Positions 25,054 through 38,701 are shown, counted from the first letter of the stretch. The stretch is DNA of 64,000 bases from Calcarisporiella thermophila CBS 279.70 (GCF_041956535.1 NW_027192221.1:1-64000), one strand, 5' to 3'. Numbers and translations are program-made. The notes: generated by a model from the letters alone, not told the origin.

Positions 25054-28000
25054 ATGGACAATTTTGTAGATACAGTCTCAACACAAGAAGAGGACTTCAG
25101 CTATCTCGAAGTTGGCGGCGACACTCAGAACTCTCAATTTGATTACAATGAGTTTTTGAACTCGCAGGCATCGCAGGAGTCAGAAAGGACTGCGACAGGG
25201 GATGATGTGGACGAAGTTTCACAAATGCTCTCTAATTTTGCGCTCTCATCACAGGCCAACACGCAGGATGAAGCCGCCTCGAGCTTTGACCAGCTTGCGT
25301 TCGATGAGTTGGACGGCATCATTGATGATGAAGACATCGAAAAGAAGCTGCCTCCCCATTCATGCCGGTAAGTGGAGGAGCCGATCTCCTGATTTGTCCC
25401 GATGATCAGCGCATGATTTTTTATTGATTTTCCTTGATCACTTAGATACTGCGGAATCCACAACCCATCTTCAGTCGTCAAGTGTGTTACGTGTCAGAAA
25501 TGGTTCTGCAATTCACGAGGAAACACCTCCGGTTCGCACATCATAACGCATCTGGTGCGTGCAAAACATAAGGAGGTGATGTTGCACCCCGATTCCCCGC
25601 TCGGAGAAACGACGCTCGAGTGCTACAACTGCGGATGTAAAAATGTCTTGGTATTGGGTTTTATTCCCGCCAAAAGCGACAGCGTGGTTGTTCTCCTTTG
25701 CAGGTATTTAGTGCAAGAGATTTAGATCTGTTTTTAGAAAGTTTGACGGCTAAATGGTTGCGTTTTTTTTTTTTTTGCAGACAACCTTGCGCGGCTGTTC
25801 CCAGCTCTAAAGATATGAACTGGGACACTTCCCAGTGGATGCCGCTGATCGATGACCGGTGCTTCCTATCCTGGCTCGTCAAAATCCCTACAGAGCAGGA
25901 GCAGCTCCGTGCGCGCCAGATCACGGCGCAACAGATTGCAAAACTAGAGGATCTGTGGAAAGAGAACAGTGAAGCAAAACTAGAAGACTTAGAAAAACCG
26001 GGTATAGACGATGAGCCACATCCTGTTCTCCTCAGGTAAAATGGATGCTTTTGGATTTTTCTATTTCTCGAAATTAAAACTTATCCTCTTCTCCTCAACT
26101 ATAGATATGAGGACGCATATCAATATCAGAATATTTTTGGGCCACTGGTCAAGATGGAGGCAGATTATGACAAGAAGCTAAAAGAGTCTCAAACCCAGGA
26201 TGATGTGGTTGTGAGGTGGGATATTGGTTTGAACATGAAACGAATCGCCTATTTCCTTTTACCCAAACTAGAGCAAGGAGGCAAGTCCTGCCCAATTCCA
26301 CCCGTGCAATTAGTGATTGCTGGGATGCTAATGTTTCCCCGTTACTTTCTATGATTAGAGGTGAGATTGGCTATTGGTGATGAGCTACGTCTCCGATATC
26401 GCGGTGAGCTTCGCGGAACCTGGGAATGCATCGGCCATGTTATTAAAATCCCGAATAGTGCGTAGAATCATAGTTCTAATTTGATTTGTATATGCCGGTA
26501 CTAATGTGAGGGCAACCCTATTAGATATCAGCGATGAGGTGGGAATAGAGTTGAAGAGGAACGACAACACCCCTGTCGAATGCACGCATAACTTTTCCGT
26601 CGATTTCGTCTGGAAGTCTACGAGCTTCGACAGGTATTTCTTGTTATGCTCAACCTATTTTTGGTAGCTCTTCGCACAGGAGTTGACTTCGTTTTGACAC
26701 TAGAATGCAAAATGCCATGAAAACATTTGCCGTGGACGAAACGTCCGTAAGCGGCTATATTTACCACCGGCTGCTCGGACACGAGGTGGAGCCGCAGGTA
26801 CTCAAGACTCAAATGCCAAAACGTTTTTCGGCGCCAAACCTGCCAGAGCTCAACCACTCGCAGGTGTATGCTGTGAAGAGCGTTCTACAGCGGCCGCTCA
26901 GCTTAATTCAGGTATGGCTTTAGTCCCAACTGTTGCCCCGGTCCAGACCCAACGTGTTAACCGTCTCATGTTTGAATAGGGTCCGCCTGGTACGGGAAAA
27001 ACGGTTACATCCGCCACGATTGTATACCATCTTGCAAAAATGAATCCTGGGCAGGTTCTGGTGTGCGCACCTTCCAACGTTGCAGTGGACCAGCTGACGG
27101 AGAAAATCCACGCCACTGGACTGAAGGTGGTGCGTATGACGGCAAAGTCGCGCGAGGGATTGGACTCGCCGGTATCCTTCCTAACGCTGCACGAGCAAGT
27201 GGCCAACAACGATACCAACATCGAGTTGCAAAAGCTGATCCAACTCAAGAACGAGCAAGGTGAACTGAGCGTGTCGGACGAACGCAAGTACAAGTCATTA
27301 AAGCGCCAGTGTGAGAATGAGATCCTCCAGAATGCCGATGTAATTTGCTGCACATGCGTTGGCGCTGCTGACCCTCGTCTCTCCAAATTCCGCTTCCGCA
27401 CCGTCCTTATCGACGAGGCGACTCAGTCCGCAGAGCCAGAGTGTATGATCCCCTTGGTGATGGGCTGCAAACAAGCCGTGCTCGTGGGCGACCACCAGCA
27501 GCTTGGCCCGGTCATCATGAACAAGAAGGCGGCCCGCGCTGGACTCTGCCAATCTCTGTTTGAACGCCTGGTCATCCTTGGAATGCGCCCCATTCGCCTC
27601 CAGGTCCAGTACCGTATGCATCCTTGCTTATCCGAGTTTCCCAGCAACATGTTTTACGAGGGCACGCTGCAGAATGGCGTCACGGCCCAGGAGCGCCTGC
27701 GCAAACACGTCGACTTCCCGTGGCCGGTTCCCGAGACGCCCATGTTCTTCTACCTTAATCTGGGGCAGGAGGAAATCTCCACCAGCGGCACCTCTTACCT
27801 AAATCGCACGGAGGCAGTCAACTGCGAGAAAGTGGTCACCAAATTCCTGAAGTCGGGTATCCTGCCCTCCCAGATCGGCATCATCACCCCCTACGAGGGC
27901 CAACGCTCGTACATCGTATCCTACATGCAGTTCAATGGATCCATGCGCAAGGACCTGTACAAAGAAATCGAGGTGGCGAGCGTGGACGCCTTCCAGGGCC

Positions 28001-28931
28001 GAGAAAAGGACTATATCATCGTGTCCTGTGTGCGCAGCAATGACCACCAAGGAATCGGTTTCTTGAACGACCCGCGGCGCCTAAATGTCGCACTGACACG
28101 TGCACGATACGGGGTGGTGCTCCTAGGGAATCCTAAAGTATTGAGTAAGGTTGGTATCACGAGAAGCCATTGAAGCTGGTTAGATGCTTTGTTGTCTAAT
28201 CCTCTCTGCGCACTTTTTTTTTTGGGCTGTAGCACCCGCTTTGGCATCACCTTCTAGTTCACTACAAGGAGAAGGCCTGTCTAGTGGAGGGTCCCTTAAA
28301 CAACCTCAAAGTCAGCATGATACAATTCAGTCGACCACGCCGCGCCTACAACAAAGACGACAAGTTCCGCAACAACTATGCGCACCAAGTGGATGCTCGG
28401 GAGGCCTTCGCGAAGCCCATGCCACCGAACGACACCCGTCGTGGTGGCAAGGGCTATCACGATGACTTCCTCAAGACCCATGATCCTGTTGGGTACATCC
28501 CTTCGGACTTGAGTGCGTTTGCCGCCGGCTCATCGCTCAGCATCCCTCTCATCCCCACGCCCTCTGGTCCCTTCACGCAAGATCTCTCGCAGAGTAGTGT
28601 TGGGGGACGCAAGAACGCGCGCCTCCAGCACGCCAATGAAACGCAGAACGACGGCAGCTCGGACCTCTCCTTCAGCAACAACCGGGGTACGTTTTCGACC
28701 TCGCAGCAGCCGCTTACGCAGAACTTGTTTAACTCGCAGTCCACCCTTGGCCTGGCCTTCTCTCAGTCTGATCGACTTCGCATGATGGCATCCGGGTTGC
28801 TTAGCCAGGACAGCATGACGTATCTGGACGACTACAAGTCGCAGGCGGACGATGGCGCTTCTTTGCTAAGCCAGGATTTCGATCTTCGTTCCGCGACGTC
28901 GCAGCTTGGCAGTGGATATACTCAATTCTAA
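25054..28931 (+). CDS. UPF1: Regulator of nonsense transcripts 1 (SF1 helicase, NMD)
   Basis: CH domain ([34 protein letters not shown]), [56 protein letters not shown]-rich C-terminus. Confidence 0.98.
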
Positions 28932-29599
28932 GCGTCCCGTTTTATGGTTGTTATGGTTATTGTGACGTTGGAAAACAACCCATCCCCCATTTGAAGGAGG
29001 AGATGAGGAGCGGCGCGTGTCCATTATAGAGGAAAGAAAGCTGATTGAACTTAATTTTATTCACGTTGTTTTCTTTCATTTTCACTTTCGGTACTATTCG
29101 TGTTTATTGAGAGAGAAAAGACATGTGCACGCATTGTTCCTCTCCTTCCGAGAGGAGAGGATGGCCTCTTCTCCTTCCTCAGTCTTTATTAACAAAAGTT
29201 GTCTATCAAGATAATGACTTAAGTTCATAGGTGGTAAATTTTCTTATAAAATAAAACATCTCTTATACATCAATAAAAACACACCGTTAGAGGAGTGAGA
29301 AGCTGCGATAAAATTCCCCAAGTTAACTGGTTAGGCGTCGACGCTATTAGTAGAGGTTCATTTGGAGGATCAATTCTCACTCGATCACACTGCAATGCTT
29401 ACATTTTATTAAGATAATCAATCTATTAATCAATATAATACAAATTTCCCCCGAATGAACCGGTTGAGACGAGCTCACAAACGAACAGAGTCGACATTAG
29501 ATAATCGTGCGAAAAGAGCATAGATATATAGATATATAAATATATATCTTTGAAAAGATAGATAGAGATAGTGCTAATAGCGATGGGCGAATACATAAT

Positions 29600-30427
29600 T
29601 TAGCCGTACATGAAGTCTTGATTCTCAAACTCCTCTAACTCCTTCTTCTCATCCTCCACACTGGGTAGTACGTATCTACAACTGGGGCAGGTATTATGCT
29701 ATGGAAACGTAGGAGAAAAAACAGTCATTGAGTCCATTAAATCTGTATGAAACCACAAGAGAGTTTGGGCCTTACCAATTCAAGCCAAGGGACGATACAG
29801 TCCCGATCAAACCGATGCTCACAGGGTAAACGAGTGACCCGAGTCCCTTTGTTCGCGTGGAAGTTCTCAGTGCAAATGGCACAGGATGCTTCGCGGTCAA
29901 CTTTGTCCATGGGCACGGTCGGGAGTTGGCGAATAAAAGATTTTGAGGTTGGGGGAGGGCCTTTAGATCTACCGAAACATCAAACTCAAGTATGAGCTAA
30001 CAAAGGACAGGGGTTGAACAAATGACTACGTACGTTGCTGTTGATTCCTCTAGCAGTTGCGTAATAAGGTCGTCTAGGAACTGCTGCTGGTTTTCATCTT
30101 GGAGCTGTTGGCGAAATGAAGAAAACATGCTGAAGTCGATATTAGGATTACCGTGACCTGCATGTGTATAATAAAAAGATAAAAACGCTCACTTGGCAAC
30201 CGAGAGAAATCGTCTTCCTTCCTCATCTAGCGATCCACTTGCAAAAGCATTACTGCTTCCAAAACTCATAAACTCAGATAGGTCCGGATTTAGAGTGGAT
30301 GCCGGGGAGTTTTTTTTCTTGGTTTGCTGCTTGATATTGAAATCGTCTGTAAACAGAGAGGCAGTGAGAGGAAACAGAGAGAAGAGAATAGAAATTAAAC
30401 AGAGAAGTTACCAAAATAAGAGGCCAT
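29600..30427 (-). CDS. RNF181-like RING E3 ubiquitin ligase, 5 exons (absent from the ORF track)
   Basis: Spliced MASYFD|DFNIK...FLSVAN|MFSSF...FLDDLITQLLEES..|SKGPPPTSKSFIRQLP..CAICTENF..LPCEHRFDRDCIVPWLEL|HNTCPSCRYVLP..DFMYG*; all junctions GT-AG and in phase. Confidence 0.9.
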
Positions 30428-31678
30428 GATCGTTCTACTACTAATGTAGGCTTGAAAAGCAGGTGAACTACAAAGAGAGGTTGAATAAATTCGCTCGCAT
30501 GAAAATATACGCAATTGCAGCTTGCGCATTCATTTTCTGGACATTAAAGCCACAGCAGTCACAGTGGCGACAGAGTCTCTGGTATTAATTTTAGACATGT
30601 CACCTGACGGAAACTGTCGGTGGCATGCGGTTTCTCATTGATACGAACGCTCACCCTGAAATTTTTATTATCTAAGGCTCAAATTTGGCATTTCTAAGGA
30701 TTCAAAGATTGGATTGAAACGACGAAGACCAAGTATGAAATGAACCCACTCTATGATTAAAGGGGGTAAAGAGCTGGCACCATTAATTCATGAGCTGAAG
30801 AAGAGAGAAAAAAAAAGTTGGCCAAATTCGCTCGAAATTTCTGGCCAAACCTTCAAATGCTCACGATACCACTCCTATAGGCACTATGAGTCAGAAAACG
30901 ATTCGCACTTGAAAGAACTAGAACATAAAACCCCCATGAGGGTTTTCCATAAGAAAAATCTCCCAGGGCAATTCCGATTGAAATACTCAGCTCACCACAA
31001 AGTCACCAATTTCCCATTCAAGGTTTTCATACCATTTCTAGAATGGTAAAATATGTCGAAGTCCTGTCAGGCAGCTAGGTATTCTACGGGAATCTCCGGT
31101 CGGTACAGTATCCCGATCGAATACTATAAGGGGAGTCCCAGATTCTAGAATAGCATAATACGGTCCTCCGAACTCAAATAATCAGGAGGTCCCCCATACT
31201 CCAAGAAATTGGATCATGGATGACCAATCATTCGGCGGGACTTCTCTTTCTTGTGTCCAATTAGTTTAGCGGAGAGAGAGTTAACAATAAGACGCTAGAA
31301 GAACGAGGAGACCTTTGGTTGTCCTACCAGCATTAGCCCCCTTCTCTCAAAATTCTATTAACCTTACAACTTTGGAAGTGCCCTAATCGGAATGCCTAAC
31401 TTTTTCCTTTTAATCTGACTTACAGGTCGCCGTCCCACCCTAAGCATTCTAAGCGTCACAGAAATTATCGAGCTTGTAAGGTGTATCGCGAAGAAGAATT
31501 GGCATATGATCCTTTGTCATCATTCTTCCCCTGTAACATTCGAGGGCATGCCTTAGTGAGCCATGGTTTCAAAAACATATAAATGGAGGCTTTTTCTTTC
31601 CCTTTTTTCCCCAACATCTAGACCTGCAAACACAATCAATTCTTAGAGTTTTACTATCACACTATTGGACTGACAACC

Positions 31679-32977
31679 ATGAAGCTAATTTACACGCTTC
31701 TCTTCGCGTCGCTGGTTACGTTCGCGAGGGCACAATCCTGCGAAGTGAATATACTGGACGTGGACGGAAAGCCACTGGAGTATAATAAAGAGTACTACAT
31801 TATTAGCGATGGTGATGAAAACCGAGGGATGACTTTCGAGAACTTTTATGATGTGCGAAGCGCCAGCAAGTGGGACTACCTGCTGGCAACCAATGATGCA
31901 AATCGAAATGGTACGGCTAACGTGTTCACCGTCACTGGGAGGAGTGCGTCGCCGTATGTTCGGGCGTGCGATCAGAGCATCATCTACATGGCCCAATCCA
32001 ACTATAAGGAGTACAACTACTGGAAAATAGACAAGCGTGGGGACAACAGCAACTCAGAACTCATCAACTCGATCTATCTTGACAAATATCCAGGCTCGTT
32101 GTTCCGAGTTGAGCCGGTCGAAAACTCGCGGAAGAACCGCCTCTACTTCAAATCCGGGGACAGCAACGTTTACCTGGCGCTGCGCAGGAGTCACCAGAGC
32201 AAATTGTGGGCCTACTTTGTCGCCAAGAGCGCCTCCGAAGCCACCACGTTCAGCTTCCGGCCTCTCACCCGCGAAACTGAGGAGGACGCGAAATCGCATG
32301 CCTTCTCGGTGGACGTCAAGGAGGTGGAGGAGAAACAGCTATGCAACTTTAACTCGTACAGCAATCCTAGCAAGTTAGGCTATGCGGTCATGGAATTCGC
32401 AAAGGGTAAGACTGAAGTGGGGGCAATGTGCGTGGACAGCGGTACCACCTACTTTGTATCTGTGTCGGACAAGGCAACCACTCAGTATTTCGTCACTCCC
32501 ATGGATCACGATTATTGCAAGAGCAAGTTGGGCAGCACCCAGAGCGTCAACCAGGACAGCTCTGTGATCCTGGTGAACGGCTGTCTGAAGGGCATGTCCT
32601 ACTTCTACAAGGACAGCAACAACAAGACGTACTTCGCCAATATGAAATTCGGCAGAAGCTTTTTCAACCCCCCGACCCTGTCTCGGCCCAAGAAGGATGG
32701 AGGTCTCGTCGAGCAGGGCACCCACTCGGGGCTCACTCCCACAGCCTGGTCCTATCAAAAAGATCAGCAGTGCTGGCGGGCCAAAGCCACGGTCTCCGTT
32801 CGAATGGACTGTATCATCAGCAACCACCTCAGCAATGACGCCGATGAAGCCCAGATGAAGCAATGTATGGATGCCAAGTTCTACCCCGCCACGCACACTG
32901 AATCGATTGATAATTCGTTCAGGAGGTTCGGCGCAAACGAGCTCCCAAGCTGTCTGAAGAATCTGTTTAAGAATTAA
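31679..32977 (+). CDS. Intronless 432-aa secreted orphan; N-terminal Kunitz-STI/beta-trefoil-like signature, Cys-rich C-terminal half
   Basis: Signal peptide MKLIYTLLFASLVTFARA|QSC; upstream TATAAA ~31579; ACAACCATG start context; uninterrupted ORF. Confidence 0.85.
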   Translation: MKLIYTLLFASLVTFARAQSCEVNILDVDGKPLEYNKEYYIISDGDENRGMTFENFYDVRSASKWDYLLATNDANRNGTANVFTVTGRSASPYVRACDQSIIYMAQSNYKEYNYWKIDKRGDNSNSELINSIYLDKYPGSLFRVEPVENSRKNRLYFKSGDSNVYLALRRSHQSKLWAYFVAKSASEATTFSFRPLTRETEEDAKSHAFSVDVKEVEEKQLCNFNSYSNPSKLGYAVMEFAKGKTEVGAMCVDSGTTYFVSVSDKATTQYFVTPMDHDYCKSKLGSTQSVNQDSSVILVNGCLKGMSYFYKDSNNKTYFANMKFGRSFFNPPTLSRPKKDGGLVEQGTHSGLTPTAWSYQKDQQCWRAKATVSVRMDCIISNHLSNDADEAQMKQCMDAKFYPATHTESIDNSFRRFGANELPSCLKNLFKN

Positions 32978-33669
32978 TGAAATATGATTTCCCTTTTGTG
33001 AATTTTTAATTCCAGATCTGGAGCAGTTGGTTTAATGTATTAGATATTCGACTGTATTAATGACGCTGCAGAAGACGATATAAATAAATCTGAACATAAA
33101 ATAAGCAGCACCAATCATTCTAGATTGGCCAAGAGTGAATGCAAAGGCTTTGATGATACAGAGCAAGCTTGGAAAGCAAAATAAAAAAGCAGTGGATTTT
33201 TTTATTGATGCCTTGTATTTTCAAATCAATATTAACTAATATTGATTAAAAAATCTGGAATTGTGTGACTGTGGCTAACCAAGTGCCACCATATTATGGT
33301 TGGACTAATATTATTAGTGTTCCCATTCGCGAGGACCTGGAAGACCGAAAATTCTTGACGGGCTTTGCACGCACATTATCGATCTAGAACTGGAGAAAAT
33401 ACATGTTGGATGAAAGTTGAACGCTAAAGCTGAGCAGTATGTGCGGGAGCATTTCTCTCACGGCAAAATCAGCAAATTATCTTTGTTAATATTTTGATAA
33501 AGAGAAAATAAAAAGAGAAAAAAAGTTCAGGACATGGTGTAAAGTAATTTTATATGCAAAACCAAGCAAGACCAAAGAATGGAAAGAGATGACATCGCTT
33601 CAAGTAACATAAAATCCCATCATAAGAGCCCATTAATATTATTATAAAATAGAAATATAGGGGTCTAGT

Positions 33670-36600
33670 TTATCGCATGATCTTTTTTAACTGCTCATCC
33701 ACCCTGATACAAAGTGTGGCACCATTGACCTTCTCTTCATTGGACCCGGCCGCGTCCCCAGATTCACCGTTCTTCTCTATCATTTCAAACCATTCGTCTC
33801 CCTGTGTCCGCCCATATTCACACAGCGCACGGTAATCCATCAACCAGTTGATGTATTCTGATTCGAGCAGCCGCTCCTCAACTCGGTTCAACAGTCGAAA
33901 GAGCAGCAAGAGATCGTGTCTGAGTATTCCCACGCGTTCGCGAGTAAACGCAAAATCTTCCGCCAGTGTTTCATGTCTCAAGCGGAACCACGGGTAAGCA
34001 TGGGATTGGAGGGAGGAGTCAGCACTCGCCGACGCATCACCTTTTGGTGTGTAGGAGAGGGAGGTGGTGTTCCACGATTTGCGCGATAACAAAAACACGC
34101 GGAAGCACCCCTTATCCCACGCCATGTCGGGCTTACCTTGGTGATAAATAATATTTTCCTCCAAGTCGCGGAGATACACAGCCTTGGCCACCACCCCCTC
34201 GCTTTGTCGCACAGTTAAGGGCGGCGGAGATGGGACAGTCTGTTCCAGGTGCTCCACTGTACCAGTTCGCCAAAAGACTACCCACGTGAGCATGATTGAC
34301 ATGCTCACCAGCACAATGATAAGAATATAAGGGGTTGTGGTCTGGAGAAGCTCGCTCCATATTCTCAGAATGGTGTCCAATGCCCCCCTATCACCCACAT
34401 CCTCGCTTGCTCCGAACATCCTCTTTTTGTTTTCTGCATCTGCGGCCAGGCGCTTGTCTTCGGGCATTTCGGATACATCTCCTTCTCTACTTCTCACTAC
34501 TTGCCGTTTCCCTATACTATTCCCACCTGCACTGGATTTTCGAGTGTGCTTTCGGGACGTACGCCTGGGCCTATTTTGCCTAACAGATTCTTCCACGACG
34601 CCCATCACAGCTACCACAGTTTCCCCTAGCCCCTTCATCGTTAGGCGCTGAATCATGGCCTTTACCATAGGATTCTTGTACCACTTGATGCCTACGTAAA
34701 AGGAGAGTTTGCAACTTTTCGAGGTGGAGAAGGTAATGCAGTATTTTATCATAGGAAGAAAAGAATCCGCATACGGCAGTTGTGCCGTCTTCGCCGACGT
34801 GAACACCACATAGCAGAGGTATTCCTCGCGTTTTTCTACTGTCTGCGTCTCTACGCACTCTGTCTCTTTCACCTTTGCCATGGGGTTATTGAAAGGCATG
34901 ATCGACCGAATTTCACGCGTGCTTTCACCGCGTTCGTTCGAAGACCATGGTGACACACTAATGCTGTGATTTCCTTTGTTTGAGAAGACGCGTTCCCACA
35001 AAGAGGAGCTCGCATCACCAAACATTAGTTCAAAGAGTGCACGTGCGGAAATGGGTAGATTTAACTCGGCCTCTTTTTTCTGCAAATGGTCGGTGCACCC
35101 ACAGTTGATGGGTTTAGTTGGCACAGGAAGGTCTGCTGGCCACGTATCTGCAGGAGTTTGAGACTCTGTCGTTGTTGACTGGTTGTCGTGTTCCTCGTTA
35201 CTAAAATAGCATAACATGACCGTTACAAAAAGTTAGATGGACAAGCAGCTCCTTAAAACTACTCACCTATGTCCCTGTGAAGCATCTGCAAGTAAAGGCC
35301 GCTCAGGATATACCGGTTCTGGGACTAATGAATCCACAATGCTTGTCGGTATTGGGTATTTCTCCATAAACTTAACAGAGTCAGCGCTCGCTCGTGTTGG
35401 CACTTCCCCTTGTTCGCTCACCGATGCGATCTTTGAGAACATTTCCACCTGACTCATGGTTGCCTCTTCCTTCTTGATCGATAGTGCCACTTTTATCCGG
35501 GTTAGGAGCTGCAAAGGTGAATGCACCAGCGTCTTCATAACGTACGACTGTTCTTCGATTTCTATGGAAAACACATTGCTCTTTCGCTCTTGATGGAGAT
35601 TTTTTATGTTCTGAAGCGGGATCCGCAGACTCACAACAAATCCGACAACGCAGGAATAAAAATAGATACATTCAGGTGTGAGAAAGATTCGTCCAGTGCG
35701 CCAGACTCCTGTGCCTTCTTCGGTTTGGAGGAGCGCACAGGGTTTGGTATCGAGCATGATTTCCAACGGGTGAACCTCTGAGAAGAGTACACGAAGCTGT
35801 TGTTCACGAAGCGCAAGCTCACTGGTGTAGGTGCGTAACTTACGCACGGGACTGAGAGGAGATAACACGGGTAAGCTCTAGGAAGTCCATCTCAACCAGC
35901 AGGGGCATGCAACTTACTTCATTACAATCGGAGGGAAATTTGCGGCATTTAAAATTTCACTCTCCCCATTCTCAAACGCACCCGCCGTCTCCTCTGGTTC
36001 ACCATTGGCAATCTCCGGCAGAGTCTGTTCTGATCCCGTCGCACCCAGCGAAGAAGGTAGCATGCTACCTAGCAATACATTCATACCGGGAACAAGGCTA
36101 GACGAAAGGGCAGAGAGCGTTGAAGGGTTGCCCTTCTCGCCCACTACAGGACGTCGCTTTGCAACATTCAACATGATCATGTTGGTGAGAGCGGAGGGAG
36201 TTTGTGGGATAAAAGGTTTTTCACTTGAGCTCGAAGGAAGGCTTGCGGGGCGAGCAGTATCCGATTGTACTGTAGAGAGGGTGGAGCTTAACTGACCTAA
36301 CGAAGTTTCACTTTCCGCTGAAGCTGGTTCAAAAGACGATTGTGTTTGCTGTAGGTTGCGTGATGGCGAGGCTGGCATGGATTTAGAAGCACTCCTAATC
36401 CGAGCGGGGATTTCAGGGGTATCTGCAATGGCTGTTTGTTTTGCTTTCTCGAACGTCTTCAACCAGTCTTGCAGTTCTTCTTCTGTTTCTGCCTGTAGCA
36501 TGTATGTCTTTTCATTGGCACAAACTACCTCAAAGCAGAACCGCCTGTCGTTCTGTTGATCCATGCGAACCTCGCACAGCAATACGTCTATCCATTCTTT

Positions 36601-38114
36601 CATGACGACCGCCCCCCTGAGCTCGCCCACGTCGCTCACGATACAATAGCCAAAGTGTGCTTGGTGGATGAAAAACCATTTGCGGGTCCACTGGTAACGT
36701 TTTCCGGAGGAAGTCCGATGAAAGAGATATCCTTGCTTAATGGGAAGCACGTTTGTAGAGCTGCGCGAAAAAGCAGGCGAGCTAGAAGAAGCTGGTAGCG
36801 AAATAGTACTTGCATTTGCATATGCCAATAGGGAGCGGTTTGGGCGGGCTCTAAAAATAGCATCCTAGCAGAAGAAGGTGAGGTTATAAAAAAAATGAGA
36901 AAATGCCTTAAAATGTAAAATGTAATTAGGCTAACCTCCTCGAGTTTTCCCTTCATGTTCCTTATTTTGCTCAAATACAAGTCACATACAGGTCGACTCT
37001 GAATTTGGAAAGTAAGATAGGGGTTATGGCTAGAGTTGCATTTTGGGCCATATTTGAATCTTACCTCTTGAAGCCATTTTCTATAGCTTTCGCGTTGTTC
37101 GCTTAGGCGTTTGTAGACCTCGAATGAGTTTTCGTGATATTCGTATTGCGCACCAAGTGCCTTAAGAAACTATGGGTGCAATAAGAGAGTGACAACAATT
37201 AAAATCGAGCGGGAGACATCAATTAAACATGACAAACATACCTGCTCTACAAGCATATAGTCCAATGAAGACCTAATACCAGATTTGATTAGTGCCAAAA
37301 GATATAACTCAGCAGAAATTTCGAAAATGAAAGTTATTCACTTGAACCGCGAAATTTTATAAGCATAGTCCGAACTTTGACGGATGTAGCTTTTGCGTAT
37401 TTCGAAAAGCTGGAATGCGTCCTCTCTTAGTGCGCTAGCCTCCTTGGTCTTTCCCTGTGCAAAATATCGATTCAATGCCAATTCATACTTTTCTGTCAGC
37501 TTTTCAAAGTTTTTTCTAAATTCTTTGAGCTCTTTTATATCGTGTTTAAGAAGATGTTGCAGGGGATTGATTAGGTATTCTTCTAGATCACTCGCCTATA
37601 ATTACGAATAAAGATCTTACGTGAGGATCATCTATAGAAATTAATCCGCAGAAGAATATACGTACCAATTTGACTCGAAAGCTGACTGCAGTTTGTAAAG
37701 TTTCAGAGAAAATCCTAACAAGATCTGCGCTGAAATCAGGATCTATTACAAACAGTAATGGATTAGGAACGTCTTGTGACGCGGAAAGAATAAAAATGCT
37801 AACTTATAACGGCCTCGTCCACATCGGAAGGAATAGTTAATCTTCCAAGTTGCATAGAAAAACTATTCAATTCTACTCGTAAATGGTGAGGAGAAATGTC
37901 GCTTAATTTCATCTACTGATTCCAACTTACTCAAAAGCTCATCGACGGCACTACGAAGCGTTTTGCAATAATTGTCTAACCACTTCTCCAGTTTGTCCAG
38001 CTCATCCTCAAAATGGTGAGCATTAGCTCGGAAAGATGGCGAGTCAAGCACAGCATCTTCTATTGTGATGATGTTCGCGGTAGGCGCGGTTGGCTCCGCG
38101 AGTGAGAGAGACAT
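33670..38114 (-). CDS. Sip3/Lam1-like BAR-PH-GRAM-StARkin(VASt)-TM lipid transfer protein
   Basis: AVLDSPSFRAN (BAR start), IKQGYLF..WTRKWFF..DRRFCFEV..LQAETEEELQDW (PH), GRIFLT..YFYS (GRAM-like), SARALFELMFGD..LPYADSF (VASt), C-terminal TM. Confidence 0.85.
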
Positions 38115-38701
38115 GCTATATTAAGGGAAAAAGAACTTGTTCTTTCCCTCCACTTATTAATCAAAAAAATAAAAAAAAAACTAGTACTATTGAAATAGAG
38201 AATGACAAAAGCCCAAGGTTTAAGACCTGTCACTCCACGTTCGCCCAACTGCCGGGTTCAGATTTAAAATCTACAGCTGACCAAATTTCCCTTTTACTCA
38301 ATGACACCGACTTATTAATTTCATTAATATTATTTCGATCCCAATAGTCATATTATTCCATGATTGAATAAGGGAAACGACTTTTTTCTTTCGGCCTACC
38401 TTCCTTGTAGCCACCAAATATATTCTTGGAGACCGCGAGTTATTGATTTATAGATGGCCTAATATTCATTTGATACTGAATAACCCATTGCTCCCTTCAT
38501 ATTCCGAAAGATGGCGTAGTAATTTAGGTAAAAATTGAGTAAAAATTTAAAGTACAATAAATCTGCCCTCAATTGAAATTTTCAACCTTAGAAATTTTCA
38601 AAAAAAAAAATTACATAGCTCTTTTGAGAGGTTCCCAATCGATCTTGCGCTTCTTCCCTCTTCCTGATTGAACAGGAAGATCGCCTCTCACTATATATTA
38701 A

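Noticed and set aside
29500-29580. AT/GATA-rich low-complexity stretch
   Set aside because: Simple-sequence 3' UTR/terminator region of the RNF181-like gene; not an array or element.
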